Made by a program: the position numbers and the translations under genes
From: Marsupella aquatica
Taxonomy: Eukaryota > Plantae > Marchantiophyta
Direction of reading: 5' to 3'
DNA length: 64,000 nucleotides
Assembly (NCBI GenBank): GCA_973895155.1
Contig: OZ316896.1
Span: forward strand, 19,580,754-19,644,753
Notes under the pieces: model-generated
What the model saw: only the letters and a program-made list of their open reading frames with translations
What the model was told of the DNA's origin: nothing
The model's database searches: none
In this document: piece after piece, positions 44,472 through 58,900 of the stretch
Layout of the letters: each line of letters opens with the position of its first letter
How positions within the stretch are numbered: the stretch's first letter is position 1

Positions 44472-46514
44472 TTTTGCACTCAACTCTTGCTTAAAGAACT
44501 ATAGCTTAAAGAGCCACTAGCCGTGACAAAAACCTGGTTCCATAAATTTCATCATTTTTAGTATTTTTTTTATATTGTGGAACATAAAAAAGAGAAGAAT
44601 GTGAAAAATGGAGAAGTCTTGGAACTCCTTTTTTTATGGCCAGTGGTGATTTAAACAAGGAAAATAGTACTTTAATTTCCATCATGTAAAATACCTAACT
44701 ATTTTAAGAAGAAGGATTACATGGTGAGATTATACAGGCCTCCAACTGGTCGCGTAAAGAGTGAATTGATTGTAGACAAATATACAAAGAAACACAAAAG
44801 GAAAAGAAAAAAAAAAAAAAAGTGGAAAATCCAGTGCAAGATACACTAGAAAGGGCACATATATTAGGAGTTTCAGTTGACTGAAATGCTCTGGGTTGGG
44901 CCGCCAACCAAAAATCTGCTGTTCTCACAAACCTTGACCGTCAGTAATTTGTGGTGTCTGCACAAAATGCATTGGCGTCCTTCAAGAATGGTCAGCACCC
45001 TTTGAAAATCAATGATGGGTGTTGTTCTGCGGGGGCGTGTTATGACTTGTCTCAAAGCAAAACCCGGGCGAGGCACATTTGACCAAAATCCCAATTTTGG
45101 TCATGACCGTAAACACATATTTTCCATCACAGCTGTCCAAAAATTCTTGGGAATGTGCAAGTAGAGACACCTTACTTATTATTGTCTGCAGGGCCAAGTG
45201 GTTGATTTTAGGACGTCCTGTTAAGTTAGTCTTTGTGATCTTCATTCTTATGCGGTTTACTTAGGAGCTCTGCTTTAGTTCTTTATTGTTGGTGACTCTT
45301 GGAATTACTGGCTCTTTGATTGTCTAGGTTTCTCCCCTTGTCGGGTTGCTTGCCTTGAGCATCTTGTGTCCCAGTTTGACTCTAGTTTGTCCTGTTTCTT
45401 TGATGTATTGAGGATTACAAATGGCATAAAAGTAGAGTTCCATCTGTTTGTTTCCCTGGGGGCTTGGGAATTTGGTCCACTGTCATGGCAAGCTAACTAA
45501 TTAGGAAATGACAATCTTGTAACACAATCTTAGTTTTTCTCTCATGTGCCCTCCGCTTGTAACCTCCCCTTTCTCTCCTCTCTCCCTTTCTCCCTTGCCC
45601 TCCCGTCCTTGACCCCCCTTGATTGGGTCTTTTGCGTGAGGGATCATGTCTCTTGGTTGGGTGCCCTTTGCTTGTGGCAGTTTGAAATATATCCCTCCCT
45701 CCCCTGCCCTCCAGTCCTTGCCCTCATGCTCCCCTCCCTCTCCTCTTGCTCCTTGTGCAAGGGTGCATAAGGGAGGCGGCGACCTGGTCATGAGCGTGGG
45801 CAAGGCAGCCAGAGGGCTGGTAAGCATAGCTTGCAATGGTGGGTGGGGGAAGGTGAGGGTAACTTTAGGAGGGGTTTTATGGCTGGCAATCCATTAATTG
45901 GTGCATTAAAATGAGGCCCCTCATCCCACTGCCATGATTGTTCCCCCCCAAAACTCTGTTTGTGAGCAAACCAAGGAGAAGTTTTTTTGATATTCCATAT
46001 TATGGTGTTGATTATTATGTGACTTAAGTGTGGATGTCAGTCACAAGGAGGTACAAGCTTAAGGGCCAGGTTCCATGGGCCAGGGGCAGGGAGTACGGTC
46101 ACTCCCTCTGACATCCCCTGGGGCCCAAATACACCGTATGCCAAGGTGTACACAGTATTTCAAATATATAAATTTTGACTCAGGAGCCAATGAGAATGCA
46201 CTATACTGTTTTATACAGGGGCAGGGGGTACCCTGAAGTTTAACAGGGAGTGTGAGGGGAAATCATACTCCTTGATACAGTATTGTACACCCGTCAGTCC
46301 CTGGAAAAGCTGCAATCTTATTGGCTTAAAAATTCTGACAGCATCCTTACTCTAAGCCCCATGGAACCTAGCTATTTAGGTACACATGTGATAAAACAAA
46401 TGCTTACTAAGATGTGAAGGTTAGTCTATAGGAGATCCAAATGATCAGACTCAAGCCAGGTCCTTTTTAGCCTGACTTTGCAAGGTTTAATATTGGCATC
46501 CACACAAGAAGATG

Positions 46515-46782
46515 AGCCTTAATAAAAGGACCCAAAACCTCATGGGGCTGGTTGGAGTTATTTGATGGGACCCCTGAGTGATCCAGACCATCGATGGACC
46601 TCATGGGGTTGGCTGGAGTTACTTGATGGGACCCCCGAGTGATCCAGACTGTTAACGGACCTTAATCAACGGTTCCAAAACCTCATGGGGCTGGTTGGAG
46701 TTACTTGATGGGACCCTGAGTGATCCAGACCTTCGATGGACCTTAATCGACGGTCCCAAAACCTCATGGGGCTGGTTGGAGA
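46515..46782. repeat. Tandem repeat, ~57-78-bp unit (ACCTCATGGGGCTGGTTGGAGTTACTTGATGGGACCC..GAGTGATCCAGAC), about 3.5 copies
   Basis: Direct reading. Confidence 0.85.
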
Positions 46783-47777
46783 AAAGAAAAAGTTTGGTTT
46801 GGGGTAGGATCAAGCAAATACCTCCTTCTCGCATGCATTGGAACGATTGGAATTTATTGTGGGAGAGGGACTTGCATATCGAGAGGCAATCACGCAAACT
46901 CACCACAATGTCCGGAACTGAGAGAGAGATCGAGAGTTATATTAGTGGGAGATTGGAATGGGGATTGGACCCTGAGGAGGATCGAGAGAGCCAAACGTGA
47001 AACCCACCGCAATGTCGGGAATGCAGCTGAGCTGCTCAAGCTGAGAGACGATCGAGAGTCGCCAGTCACGAAAGCTCCAACATTCAGCCCCCCGTGGTCG
47101 TCGTTTGGTTGAGAGCAGTGGGCGCACTCCTCCCCACATTCTCATGCCCTCTCTGCTTGGAAATTTTGCCTTGGAAGTCAAGCGGGGCTGACAGGTGCTG
47201 ACTCCGATCGACAAGAAGCAGACGGAACTGTACATTCCATAGTTAAAGCAGTGAATGTGTGAACTGTTATACATTTTGAGAGAGTGAATGCCAGAGTGAG
47301 CAAGAGGGATGGTCGTTCATGAACGGGAACGGGTCTAGTGCAGTGCCATTCTTGATGAGGAGTGCGAATGTGGCAGAACAATCCCGAGCGGTGTTGGCGT
47401 TTACGTCAGCTGCCGAGAGAACGCAAGAGCAACGACGTTGAGCTTGACGGCTATCCCGCTGCAGCTTGAGATTGTAATCTTGGCTGGAGCTTTTGTGAAG
47501 GTTGACTGCAGTGACGTTGACGAAGGTGGCTAGCATTTCGTCTGTCACGTTGCGAGATCCATGACGAAAATGGGAGCCGAGGACGACACCATCGACTTTG
47601 GAGTGGTGCCCTCCTACACTCCACATCAAGGTTGGTGCACTGACAGAGCCTCTTTGTGTATCTTAGCCAGGAGGCCGGGCAGACAATTGTAGCACGTAAA
47701 TTTGCAGATGTCGAAGGGATGTATCGGGTGCTTGACTCTCAGGAAGGGGGGCAGGCGGAATTGATGTCGGAGCTTGT

Positions 47778-48325
47778 GACCGCTTAAAGCCGACGGTAAA
47801 TTTGAGGTCGGCGGTATTCATTGTGGACATGAACGGACACTGTCTAGTCCTTTTCTTCCATTTTCTTTTCGTCGGGACGGGGTGGGTTGTCGGTCGGAGC
47901 TTGCAGCCGCTTAGCATTTGACATAAACGGTATGCATCTGGTGCAAGAACGGAAAGGGGAGGTTACGACATTAATATGACCGCATAAAGCACAGTAATTT
48001 GAGGTTGGCGGTATTCATTGTGGACATGAACGAAAACTGCCTAGTCTTTTTCTACGTTTTTCTTCACTTCGGGACGGCGTGGGTTGACTGTCGACGGAGC
48101 TTGTAGCCGCTTCGCATTAGACATTTAAGGTATGCATCTGGTGCACAAACGGACGGGGGAGATGAAGACATTGTGATCGACCGCTTTAAGCCGACGGTAA
48201 TTTGAGGTCGGCGGTCTTCATTGTGGTCATGAGCGTAGTCTTTTTCTTCGTTTTTCTTTCCTTCGGGACGGCGTGGGTTGACATCAGTGGTATGCATCTG
48301 GTGCAAGAACGGAAAGGGGAGGTGA
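47778..48325. repeat. Three diverged ~200-bp tandem copies upstream of the OPT gene
   Basis: GACCGC..AAGCCGACGGTAATTTGAGGTCGGCGGTATTCATTGTGGACATGA...GGTATGCATCTGGTGCAAGAACGGAAAGGGGA begins at ~47780, ~47980 and ~48180. Confidence 0.85.
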
Positions 48326-49027
48326 CGAGATTGTTGTATGTCGCTGGAGTAACGTGGCAACTAGCATTGCGGAAGCATCAATTACTTCGTAGCATTCAGT
48401 AATGCATTATAGTGAGGTATCGTCCTGACAGGGCGATGTACATAAAGGTCGATCGCTGCGAATTCGGCGGTTTTAAATGTCCTCGGGGCTACCGAAGGTC
48501 TGATGGTGTAAGCATATCAATTGTCATATGGGGTGAAGTGAACTACAGTATGTTGCATATGGAGTTACTGTAGAGAGCACCGGGGTTTAGGGCTCTTCAC
48601 AAAGAACTTGAATTCCTAGTGTTGAAATGTTCACTTTCAGACAGGCATTCGGTAAGCAATCACTTATTCGGCGACTGTCAGTTCCTGATTAAGCGGCGGA
48701 GACCGTATGTACAGGTTTCCATGAACCAAGCAGTGCTCAGTAGTGCTCGGCTTGGTTCTATGAGTCTTTCCATAGGGACAACTACAGTAATTCGATTAGA
48801 TTTCTAGATATATGTTGGAGTCGCGAAAGAGTTTGACCACGTAGAATAATAGATCTAGCGTCACCATCAGATGCCTGAGCGTAAGGGCTACTTCCTCAAT
48901 GACTTATTATATAGTGGAACGAATGGCTTTGATTGATTGGTCCGCTCGAGGCATATATGTAGCGCAGTACTTATTTGCTGTAGACTGAGTTTCTAATCGT
49001 GCTTGTGTGGGCATGGGGTGGTTGTAG

Positions 49028-52000
49028 AAACTGATGGGGAAACCAAGAATAGTTATGGAAAGGCCAGTCTCGAGACGGAAGCTGTACCGGATGAGGACCG
49101 CTCCCCTGTAGAGGAAGTGAACCTCACCGTTCAGACCATCGATGATCCCAGCCTGCCAGTGTGGACTTTTCGAATGTGGTTCATGGGCCTGTTGTCATGC
49201 GCAATTCTGGCCTTCCTGAACCAGTTTTTCTCATACAGAACGGAGCCGCTGACCATCGGTCCATTGACAGCGCAAATCGTTGCGCTGCCATTGGGCAGAA
49301 TGATGGAGAGAGCCCTACCGAAGAGGGTGTTTTTCCAGGGCACCAGATTCGCTTTTTCGCTAAATCCGGGCCCTTTCAATATGAAGGAGCACTGCCTGGT
49401 CACCATTTTTGCAAATGCTGGTGCTGGCGGCGCTTATGCTATCAACATTGTCACCATCGTGAAGGCCATCTACCAGAAAAAGCTCAGCTTCATCGCGTCA
49501 TTGATAATCACCATCACTACTCAGGTAGTCTTTGATTTAATACATCAATCCGCGATGAGTGCTTGTAGGGTTTAGGGTTTAGGGTGGCCTACATGATATC
49601 TGGGTTACAGTCTGAATAAGAGTTTAGATGATTAATTATAGATCTTGAATGAAGTCGTCACTGCCAATAATTCTATTTGAGTCGTTCGAATTATAAGTTC
49701 AGATTTTAAGCTGTGCTACATACATCGCATTGATCTAACTAAGCCTGCCGCAAGCGGTGTCACAGTTGCTCGGCTTTGGGTGGGCTGGTATACTCCGCAA
49801 CTATCTCGTGAAGCCTGGAGTCATGTGGTGGCCATCAACTCTGGTCCAGGTCGCTTTGTTCAGGTGAGGAATGGTATACAATCAATTAACGCAATCTGAC
49901 GTGATTATGTGCTTGGCTTCTGAGGCTTTCGTCGAGATAAATGCATGAATGGACTCTATTTCTAGGTCAGGTGTCTTGCAGGGCAGGGTACCCTAAAGTT
50001 TGGGTCTCTGACTTCACATCCCCTTGCTGCAATGTAAGCACTGCACTGGGTGATAGATTGCTACTCGCCAATTGAAATTAAGACTATTGATCAGCATAAA
50101 TACAAGATTACAATGTCCATCCTCTCCAGATCCACCACCAAGTGATGGGACATAAATGGGCACCAATTCGCAGGGCAACTGGCTAGTCAATAGATTGTTA
50201 TATACGGTGACCGTGGTTATCTGATTGGCCAGTGAAATGAACTGTTTATTGTGGGCAATGTTTCAGGACAATGCATGAGACAGACAAAAGACCCAAGGGC
50301 GGAGTCACAAGATTTCAATTTTTCTCAACAGTCACAGCCATTAGTTTCTCGTGGTACATACTGCCAGGCTACTTCTTTCCAATGCTGTCGTCCCTATCGT
50401 GGGTCTGCTGGGCATTTCCAAACTCCGTTCTGGCTCACCAGTTAGGGTCAGGATTGTCCGGCCTCGGTCTGGGAGCAATAGGCCTTGACTGGGCTACCGT
50501 CAGCTCCTACTTGGGAAGTCCGCTTGCCACTCCCTGGTTTGCCATCGCCAACATTGGCGTTGGGTTTTTCCTCGTGATGTACGTAATCACCCCGATTGCC
50601 TACTTCATGAACATCTACGACGCGAAAACCTTTCCTATCTTTTCGAGCTCCTTGTTCAGAAGCACAGGAGAGGCATACAAGGTGGAGCAGATCATCAGTC
50701 CTACTTTCACGCTGGATGCAGGGAAGTATGAACAATACGGGAGGCTGCACATCAGCACGTTCTTTGCAATGACCTACGGAGTCGGATTTGCTACCCTGAG
50801 CTGTACTGTCTCCTATGTTGTACTCTTTTATGGAAAGTGAGTACACTATATTTTTTGACGTTCTAACGGCCCTGATTTCTTTCAGAAAACACTGTCTATG
50901 TTGCCTAAACTTGCCTTTTGTTTCCTTGGCATGCAGACCTTGGCTTCCCTTCGATTGCTTTAGATGAGGTCTTCTAGAAACCGTGGATTGATTTCCTCTA
51001 GTGTCGATGATCGATTGCAGAAACATTTGGAAATTAGCCAGACGAGCTGCGAAGGTGAAGGACGATGTGCACACCAAGCTCATGAGTGTGTACCCCCAAG
51101 TTCCTGAGTGGTGGTTCCAAGTGCTGTTGATCAGCATGATTGGTCTCTCTATCATAGGAACCGAAATCTACAACGACGAGCTTCAATTGCGGTGGTGGGG
51201 CATCCTTCTAGCGTGCGCAGTAGCTTTTTTTTTTACTCTCCCCATCGGCATTATAGCAGCAACGACAAATCAGGTCAGTCCCTGCCTTATTAAAATTTTC
51301 CTTTTCTCCATTGCAAGCATAGTTGGGAACACACTTTAAAGCACTCTGGCACAATACATATATGTATTTCTTGTGGGACAGGACACGACTGTTTCTTTCA
51401 TTAACTTATTAATTTCTTGATTATATATCCTTTAATTCCTTTCCCGAATTTTAGCTTATTGTTTGGAAAAATTCTGGCTCTTGGTTGGTGTTGTCGTGCA
51501 TGGATTCCGAAGCATATTCTAGTTGTGGACGAATGGGGATGGCTAGCCAGGCCGGGATCTAATACAGTTGCGAGTTTTATTTGATGTCTCGACTCCATAG
51601 TATTGAATGACATAAACAGCCCATCTATATATGATTTTTGAAACTACATCAGGCTGAAAGTTTGTAAGCAGCAATCACGGGTGGGCAGTTTGTTCTGTTC
51701 TTCTATCACGGCTGTAACGGAAGCAAGGAAAGGAAACTTGGGAGAGTACAAGCTGGAACACTGACAGGGTTGGTGAGCCTGTCATCCAAAAGTCAGACTT
51801 CTCAATAGTTAGAAGGACAAATACGGTTCCTCCCTCGCTACCAAGTCAATCGGGTCACTGCCTAAAAACATTTTCGATGTCTCATGTACGTGCTGCAGGT
51901 TCCAGGACTGAATGTCATTACAGAATACATAATTGGGTACCTTTACCCCGGCCATCCCGTGGCTAACGTTTCCTTCAAGACCTATGGCTACATCAGCATG

Positions 52001-53645
52001 AATCAAGCCGTTGGGTTTCTTCAAGACTTCAAGCTCGGGCACTATATGAAAGTTCCTCCACGGGCTATGTTCGTAACCCAGGTACGTAATTATGATGATT
52101 GCCAACTTGGTCTGTACTGGATGTAAACACGGATTGTGTTCTTCGTGACCTGAGCTTGCAGTCCAATCCAATCTATATATACTACAATATAATTCGCGAT
52201 CTAAGTCTGTAGTTCATGACCTCCATATGACTTGCTCCATAGGGTGAAGCTGTAGACAGTGTCGATCTCTCAGAAGTGTTTTTTTAATATTTAGATTATG
52301 CTCATGAGTAGGGACGGCATGGAGAGCCGGTGGGACTCCTTATAGTGAGTATAATAGGCTCTAGAAAGTCCCCTCTCCTACTCTTCGACCTGACCTGATT
52401 AAACACGCGTCTTTTATAGTTATTGTGTTGCTCTTCATGTGTGACTGGGGCCTTTATTCCTTCTCCAGTAGTTTCACCTCTATAACACGAGATTACCCCA
52501 GAGTAAAGGAGGCAGTAAGTTAGGCCCAGGGATGCAAGCTGGCACACACCCCCAGAATAGATGGTAGTAATCACACCCAGAGTGGAGCAAGCAGTAAGTT
52601 ACCCCCAGGCTAGGATGGCAGGATGGAGGGTGGCAGGCACCGTCCCCCAGAGTCTAGACATCCCCAGAACAGAGGGTAGTAGTCACACCCAGAGCAGTTA
52701 TTCCGAGGGATGGAATACACTCCAGACAGTCATCATCTGCTATAATTAATAGGTGGAAGCTGTCACTCACAAAATCGAGGCAAAGCAACCCTTTTGAATA
52801 GAGGGGAGCGGTGACCGGAAGCCGACAGTTTAGCGGGAAGCACCGACCGGCATAATAGGGGGCATTCCAATTCCAGGATCTTTGGGCTGATCATGAATGT
52901 TTGTATGGTTTCAATGCAGCTTGGTTTAAATGCAGCTAGCTCGTTGGCAATTTAATTACGTACTGTCGAGGTCAGAGCACTGATCACCATGATTGTGTTC
53001 TGGTTTCAATGTTTCAATGCGCAGGTCGTGGGCACAGTGGTGGCAGCTTTGGTATCTCTGATCACAGCGTGGTGGATGCTCGGCAGCATTCATAACATTT
53101 GCCTCGTTGATCTGCTCCCTCCGAACAGCCCATGGACATGCCCCGGTGACCGAGTCTTCTTCGATGCATCAGTGATCTGGGGCCTCGTCGGTCCCAAGCG
53201 GATTTTCGGCAGCCTCGGCATCTACAAGGTGATGAACTGGTGGTTCTTGTTTGGAGCTCTTGCTCCCATTCCGATCAAGGTAGCCACGAAGATTTGGCCC
53301 GAGAAGAGGTGGCTCTACCTCATCAACATGCCTATTCTGATCGGAGCAACAGGGATAATGCCTCCAGCGACCTCTGTCAACTTCACGACATGGATTCTCG
53401 TGGGGTTTATCTTCAACTATGTCATCTTCAGGCGCCACAAGGCTTGGTGGTCGAGATACAACTATTTGCTCTCTGCAGGACTTGATTCCGGCTTGGCTTT
53501 CATGGGAGTTGCGCTCTACTTCGTCCTACAGTATGAGACCATTAACATCAATTGGTGGGGAGTAAATCTCGACAACTGCCCTCTCGCCCGTTGCCCAACA
53601 CAACCTGGACTGGGCCAGCCCAATCCCAATTGTCCACCCGTTTGA
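49028..53645 (+). CDS. OPT: Oligopeptide transporter (OPT family); start codon or first exon not resolved
   Basis: Exons ~49028-49524, 49766-49863, 50267-50836, 51021-51273, 51899-52081, 53025-53645. OPT motifs [57 protein letters not shown]. Confidence 0.93.
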
Positions 53646-55993
53646 AGCTTTCGTTGTCGACGATGGTCCTAGTTTGAAGTCCGTCATCACCATCAAACTG
53701 GGAGCGTGCTTCGCATGATCTTTACGTGTAGAAAGAATTGCTCGGGCAAAGAGGCGCTGGCTGAACAGCGGGAAATATACTAATCTCGAGTAATCTGGTC
53801 ACAGATTCAATATATCTGGAGTCGCAGTCTGTAAATTTTGTACATATTGGGAGACTGTCTTTCTTGGATTCGGGTTTGGATAAAATATTCGGGGACGCTA
53901 TGTCCTGACATATGTTGACAACATCGAATTGATAGCACTGGAAACATGCGAAGCTTCTGTGATAGTTGCATAAGCGTGCTTGACTATTCCATGGACAATC
54001 TCCTCGGTCATAAATATCCTCATCTTTCTCATTTCGTAGCAGCACTCGCCTACGTACAGTAGTGGGGCGACTATCAAATTCTGTCAACGTAGCAGCACTC
54101 GCCTACGTACAGTAGTGGGGCGACTATCAAATTCTGTCAAAAAGACATAGACGTTTACGGAGGCTATCGCGCTGCGTACACTTAGTGTCAACAAATAGGA
54201 GCTGGATAGCTTGTCAACGCCTCGCCAGTGCAGATACATGGTTTATAAACTAATGTACTATTACGATAATATATATTGCAGGCACCATGTACAGATCTTA
54301 GAGACGTGAAATAGTATTGTTGAGTGACAGATGTCTTCTGCACTTCTAGAAGGTGGAAGGCGTTACCTGTGATCGATCGATCGCCATCAATCTATCGGCT
54401 AGACTTTTGCGGATCGATGACTGAATTGTGTGGAAAGTTTTGTTAAGATTAATCCACCTAGGCCTTATTTCACCAAAGCTCGAGGATATTCTATTGAATT
54501 GGAGTTGGTAGAAAATTTGTGAAAATCACGATGGTAAGTTTCAGTAGAAATTGCCGCGATTGACTGCCAATTTCAGAAAATTCCTTTCACCACAATCAAA
54601 CTGGCTGGTCAGAGAAACATCTGCAAACCCCAACCGGCAGATTTGGGTCCACAGAATGCGAGATTTTCATACGACAATTCAACCTCCATCATATATGGCA
54701 AACTAGTGTGAAAATTAAAAATATGAAACGACTCTTATTCACACAGTCTTGGGGCTGGCACATGGATTCGCGCTGGTTCCAAATGTAAACGATCATTTCC
54801 TCAGTAATGGGCATTTTTGGGACGACTCACGATACCCTTGAAACGCTTCAAATTAGATTTAGATGTTTAGGTTTCATTTTATTAACCGATAAAGATTTGT
54901 TTTGGAAGCGATTAACGTGCGGCCAAATTTCCTCACAATTCACCAATGGAAAGTACAATGTTGATGTGAGGCAACAAAAAAGCTTAATCTCGGAAGACAT
55001 CAAAGTTGTGTTCTATGTTGGTCCAATGAGACGGCTGTATTCTCCATTCAATTGTCTCAAAAACCATGATTGATTCTCTACCGTACCCGTCCTCTACAAC
55101 CAAGGATATGTTTATAATGTGCACACAGCACTCAGCCGATTAAAACAAGTACAATACTAGCTAAGCTCATCTAGCATTTGAGTCAAAAAGATAAGAGTCC
55201 TGCAGTTGCAAGACATTGGAGAAGGACAGCTTACGTTATTCAAGAATCAATTATATCACAAGAGTTCTCAACGATACTAGTTGTACGAAATTTGCCGAAC
55301 CTTGTTCGGGTCTTCTTTGAGATCTGAATTGGAAATCATCCACAGAAACCTGTATTCGGGTATTAATTTGTGTAATTATGGCAACTTACAAGGAACATTT
55401 GGTAATGTTTCCACTTTTAATGAGGCACAAGGAACTCGTACTATATGTCTCTTCCTTGAATTCAATGATTCTCCTCTTATATCTGACTCGACCTGGAGAT
55501 TCTCTTTGAGAGGTTCCGGGCCTCAATTGCAAAACAGAAATTAGTGTTGCTTCACAGAAATTATTTAATTTAAAAGCAATCTGATTGGAAGCAACCAACA
55601 GCTGTTCCACTACTGGTTGGTTGCCCCTCCTACTAGGTTGCCCCTCCAATTGGCTCTTCAGTGCACAGCTAATCAATTGGATGGGATTGAATTCTACTTT
55701 TAATCCCTTCAAACGAAGAATAATTCTATTCAGTTCAGATAGGCAGTTCATCTCTCAATGAATTTTCTGTACGTAGTAATATCTTCATATCTGGTGGCAT
55801 AGTCGGTCTGTTGGCTGGCTTTGACCACGCGTTTCATTTTGGGCTTACCAGCTCCTCTTCAACATTCCCTGGGATAACCATTCTGTAAATCCAATGTGCC
55901 AAATCCTTGTATCTGTATCTCGTCGCTTACGTAATTTGTTCACGAGTTGTCGTTCCAATGTTGTTGGGCTTGAAATGTATGAAGAAAAAATCT

Positions 55994-58900
55994 CTAGACG
56001 AGGGCAAGAATATTGTAGAGATACTCAACAGCTATCTCAAGAGGTCCAGGAAGACAGTAGTGCAAGCAATCCCAGTCACTGATGTGCGCTTCTGGTCTTG
56101 AACTTAGCATGGTGTATACATCCATGTAAGTGTACCCGAACTCTTCAACAATTTTCTTGGCAAGCAAATTTTGTCGCTTGAAGTCGAACCAGTGATGGGA
56201 GTTGACTTGGCCATAGCTGGATTGTTCTTGAGGAGCAGAAAGGGGTTCTTTGTAAGTCATGCAATTAAGGTGCCCTGCACACATTCAAGACAGGCACAAT
56301 TATATCTCTGCGTGTAGCACTCCGAGTTACAATTACCTTCGATGAAGTGGAGTCCCAATTTTCTTACTTATTTCAGATTCAGTGGTGTAACGACTGAATT
56401 TCAGCTTCCTAAGTTTTAGCTCATAAATCCTTCCACAAAACTTTTCTTGGAGAAGACCGCTGGAATTTCAGTACACAAAAAATTGGAGTAAGGAGTAGAC
56501 ATATTGTCTTGAGTTGTGTTGTAGTAGGATTTTGTCTATTCTTGATTTTGTCTATTCTCTTTAGGACTTAATACCTTCATGCTAATGTCAGTCGTCCATA
56601 CTCAAAATCTAATGAATGATCTTGTAATCCAACTTCAAAATCATAAATTGCATTCGACCTTTGATAAAAATGATCGAAAGATGGACATGTCCCTAACCCA
56701 ATTAAAATGTGCGCTCTATTCGTCTCTTTGGACTACGGAGGCTAGGGACAGTATTTTGATAATACTGTCCAGTACCTTTAGTAATATCTAGTTCCAGTAC
56801 CTTAATTAATAAGCGCATAACTGTGAGATGGACATTCACATGAAACCTTGACTTCTGACCTTTTTCCAGTCAACAAACTTGGAATTAATCAGGGCACAGC
56901 CTAAAAGCACACAGTCATCTAATAAGTAGAATGAAAGCTCACCAGGTTGTGTATTGCGGTAGATGACATGAATGTGTGGATATCTTCGACTCAAGATCGT
57001 AAAAGCTTCTTGAAGTGTGCGGGAATAGCTTTCGTCATCTATATAGTGAGCTCCTGTGTTCAACAGCAATATTTTGACGTCGTACTGATCCAAAAGATGT
57101 ATCCACGGTTGCTGAATGGAGGATGTGTCATCGACACTGCTTACTGTCGTCAAATGCACATTGCATATGAAAGAAACGGTGAACCCTTGTCCATCGCCAA
57201 ACAGGTCATTGCACATCTCGTATGGCCCGAGGTTGAAGGTGCTTGAACCACTCAGACGTGCATACCCAGATCCGTTGGCAATGAGGGCATTCATCAATGA
57301 CCATTGAATTTCATGATTGATTGAGTCTCCCACCATCATGACGTGCCGCTTAGCTCCTATTTTACTGAACAAAAAGGTCACCGAAAGACAGATTACTCAC
57401 ACTTCAAAGTGTTCACGGTTTAGGGTTACACGTTCATTAATTTGCCCAACAGAATTGCCTATTGACGAAACCTGTCAACTTAATTTTCCGCGAATTCATT
57501 TAAGAATTGAGAAACGATTCTAAATTTTCAGACCAAAATGGAATTCCACATTATGATAGTAACAGAATGGATGAGCATCAATTCATACCTTGGGATCATT
57601 CAATTCTAATGTACACTACCGATAATAGAAATTCTGACCAATTCATGTTTGTCTGACGGCAAACAAGGATAAGAGAATAAAAGGAAAGAAAAGGCCTACC
57701 GGCAGAAGTGGTCCCTGTTGATAGATCGCCAAGGACAGCTGCTGTTTGTTTGCCATACCCATTTGAGCTCCTCACGCACCTTAACAATACAAAGCCTTTG
57801 TGTTAGCATCTGGCTTCACCGCAGTGGCAGGATCTCAGTTTAAATAAGTAACCGATCGAGCAAGATGAGAGATGTTACTGCAATTCAATAATTTGCTTCA
57901 TCACTCTATTCGAAATCACGGTACGATCGATCCTGGCAGCTCCTTATAAATGTGACCCCGTATTACACGTACTTAGGGTGTGTAAAAACTATAGTCCATG
58001 CTCGAGCTGAGGTCCTCGTCATCACTGACTTTTTGAATGAAGGAAACTTTTTGAATGAAGGAAATGATGCCAAGTAATGGGAGTTCAAAATCTCGAAACC
58101 CTATGTGGAGACAGTGTAGTCGAGAATATGAGAGAATGTATCCCCGGGTTTAGCCCACGAGTATATAACTTTGTCACCCATTGTAACGAAACCCTCGTTG
58201 GTCATGAACAGGAATTTGGTCAAGGCCTTCTTGTGACCAACCCCTCTTTGTCTTGCGACCCAACGCTCTTTGGTCGAGTACCTAGTGTGTGATCAAACAG
58301 TCACAACGCTCTTTGGTCGAGTACCTAGTGTGTGATCAAACAGTCACAACGCTCTTTGGTCGAGTACCTAGTGTGTGATCGAACACATATATACTTTCTC
58401 GCTTTGCTTTCACACATCTGTGTAGTAACCAAGTCGGATCGGTGACCAACGATCGAGCTCCGGACTGAAGTCATCGGCTAATAAACTTACCAATAGGTGA
58501 ATGTAATTGGTGAGCACTACGGATTGATGATCGGACATTCATGCGTTGAACGAATACTCACCGCCCAACTCTCTCCGTCCCCCTTCATGGCAACGTCTTC
58601 GGCCGAGACCCCATAAATGCCGGACCCCTTATGCCTCGTTTCGCAAACATCCGCGTATTCGTCGCCTACATAATTCCAAGGTATGTGACGAGGGATCGGA
58701 TCATACACCCATTTGCCTGCCTCACTGCACAGGGATACATTCAGTGGCCCGGAACCAGCACGTTACATATTGGTTGAACATTTTTTCTGTCTCGAGATAG
58801 TGAGCAGCAGAATTTCTTTTGTCTTCTACAAAGTCTGCATCTCAGTGTGAATGGGTTGTGCACGAATAAATCAATCAATTATCATTCATGCGAGATCCAA

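Noticed and set aside
52299-52865. Possible LTR-like insertion with CACCCAGAG repeats in an OPT intron
   Set aside because: TG...CA ends can be drawn but no target-site duplication was found.
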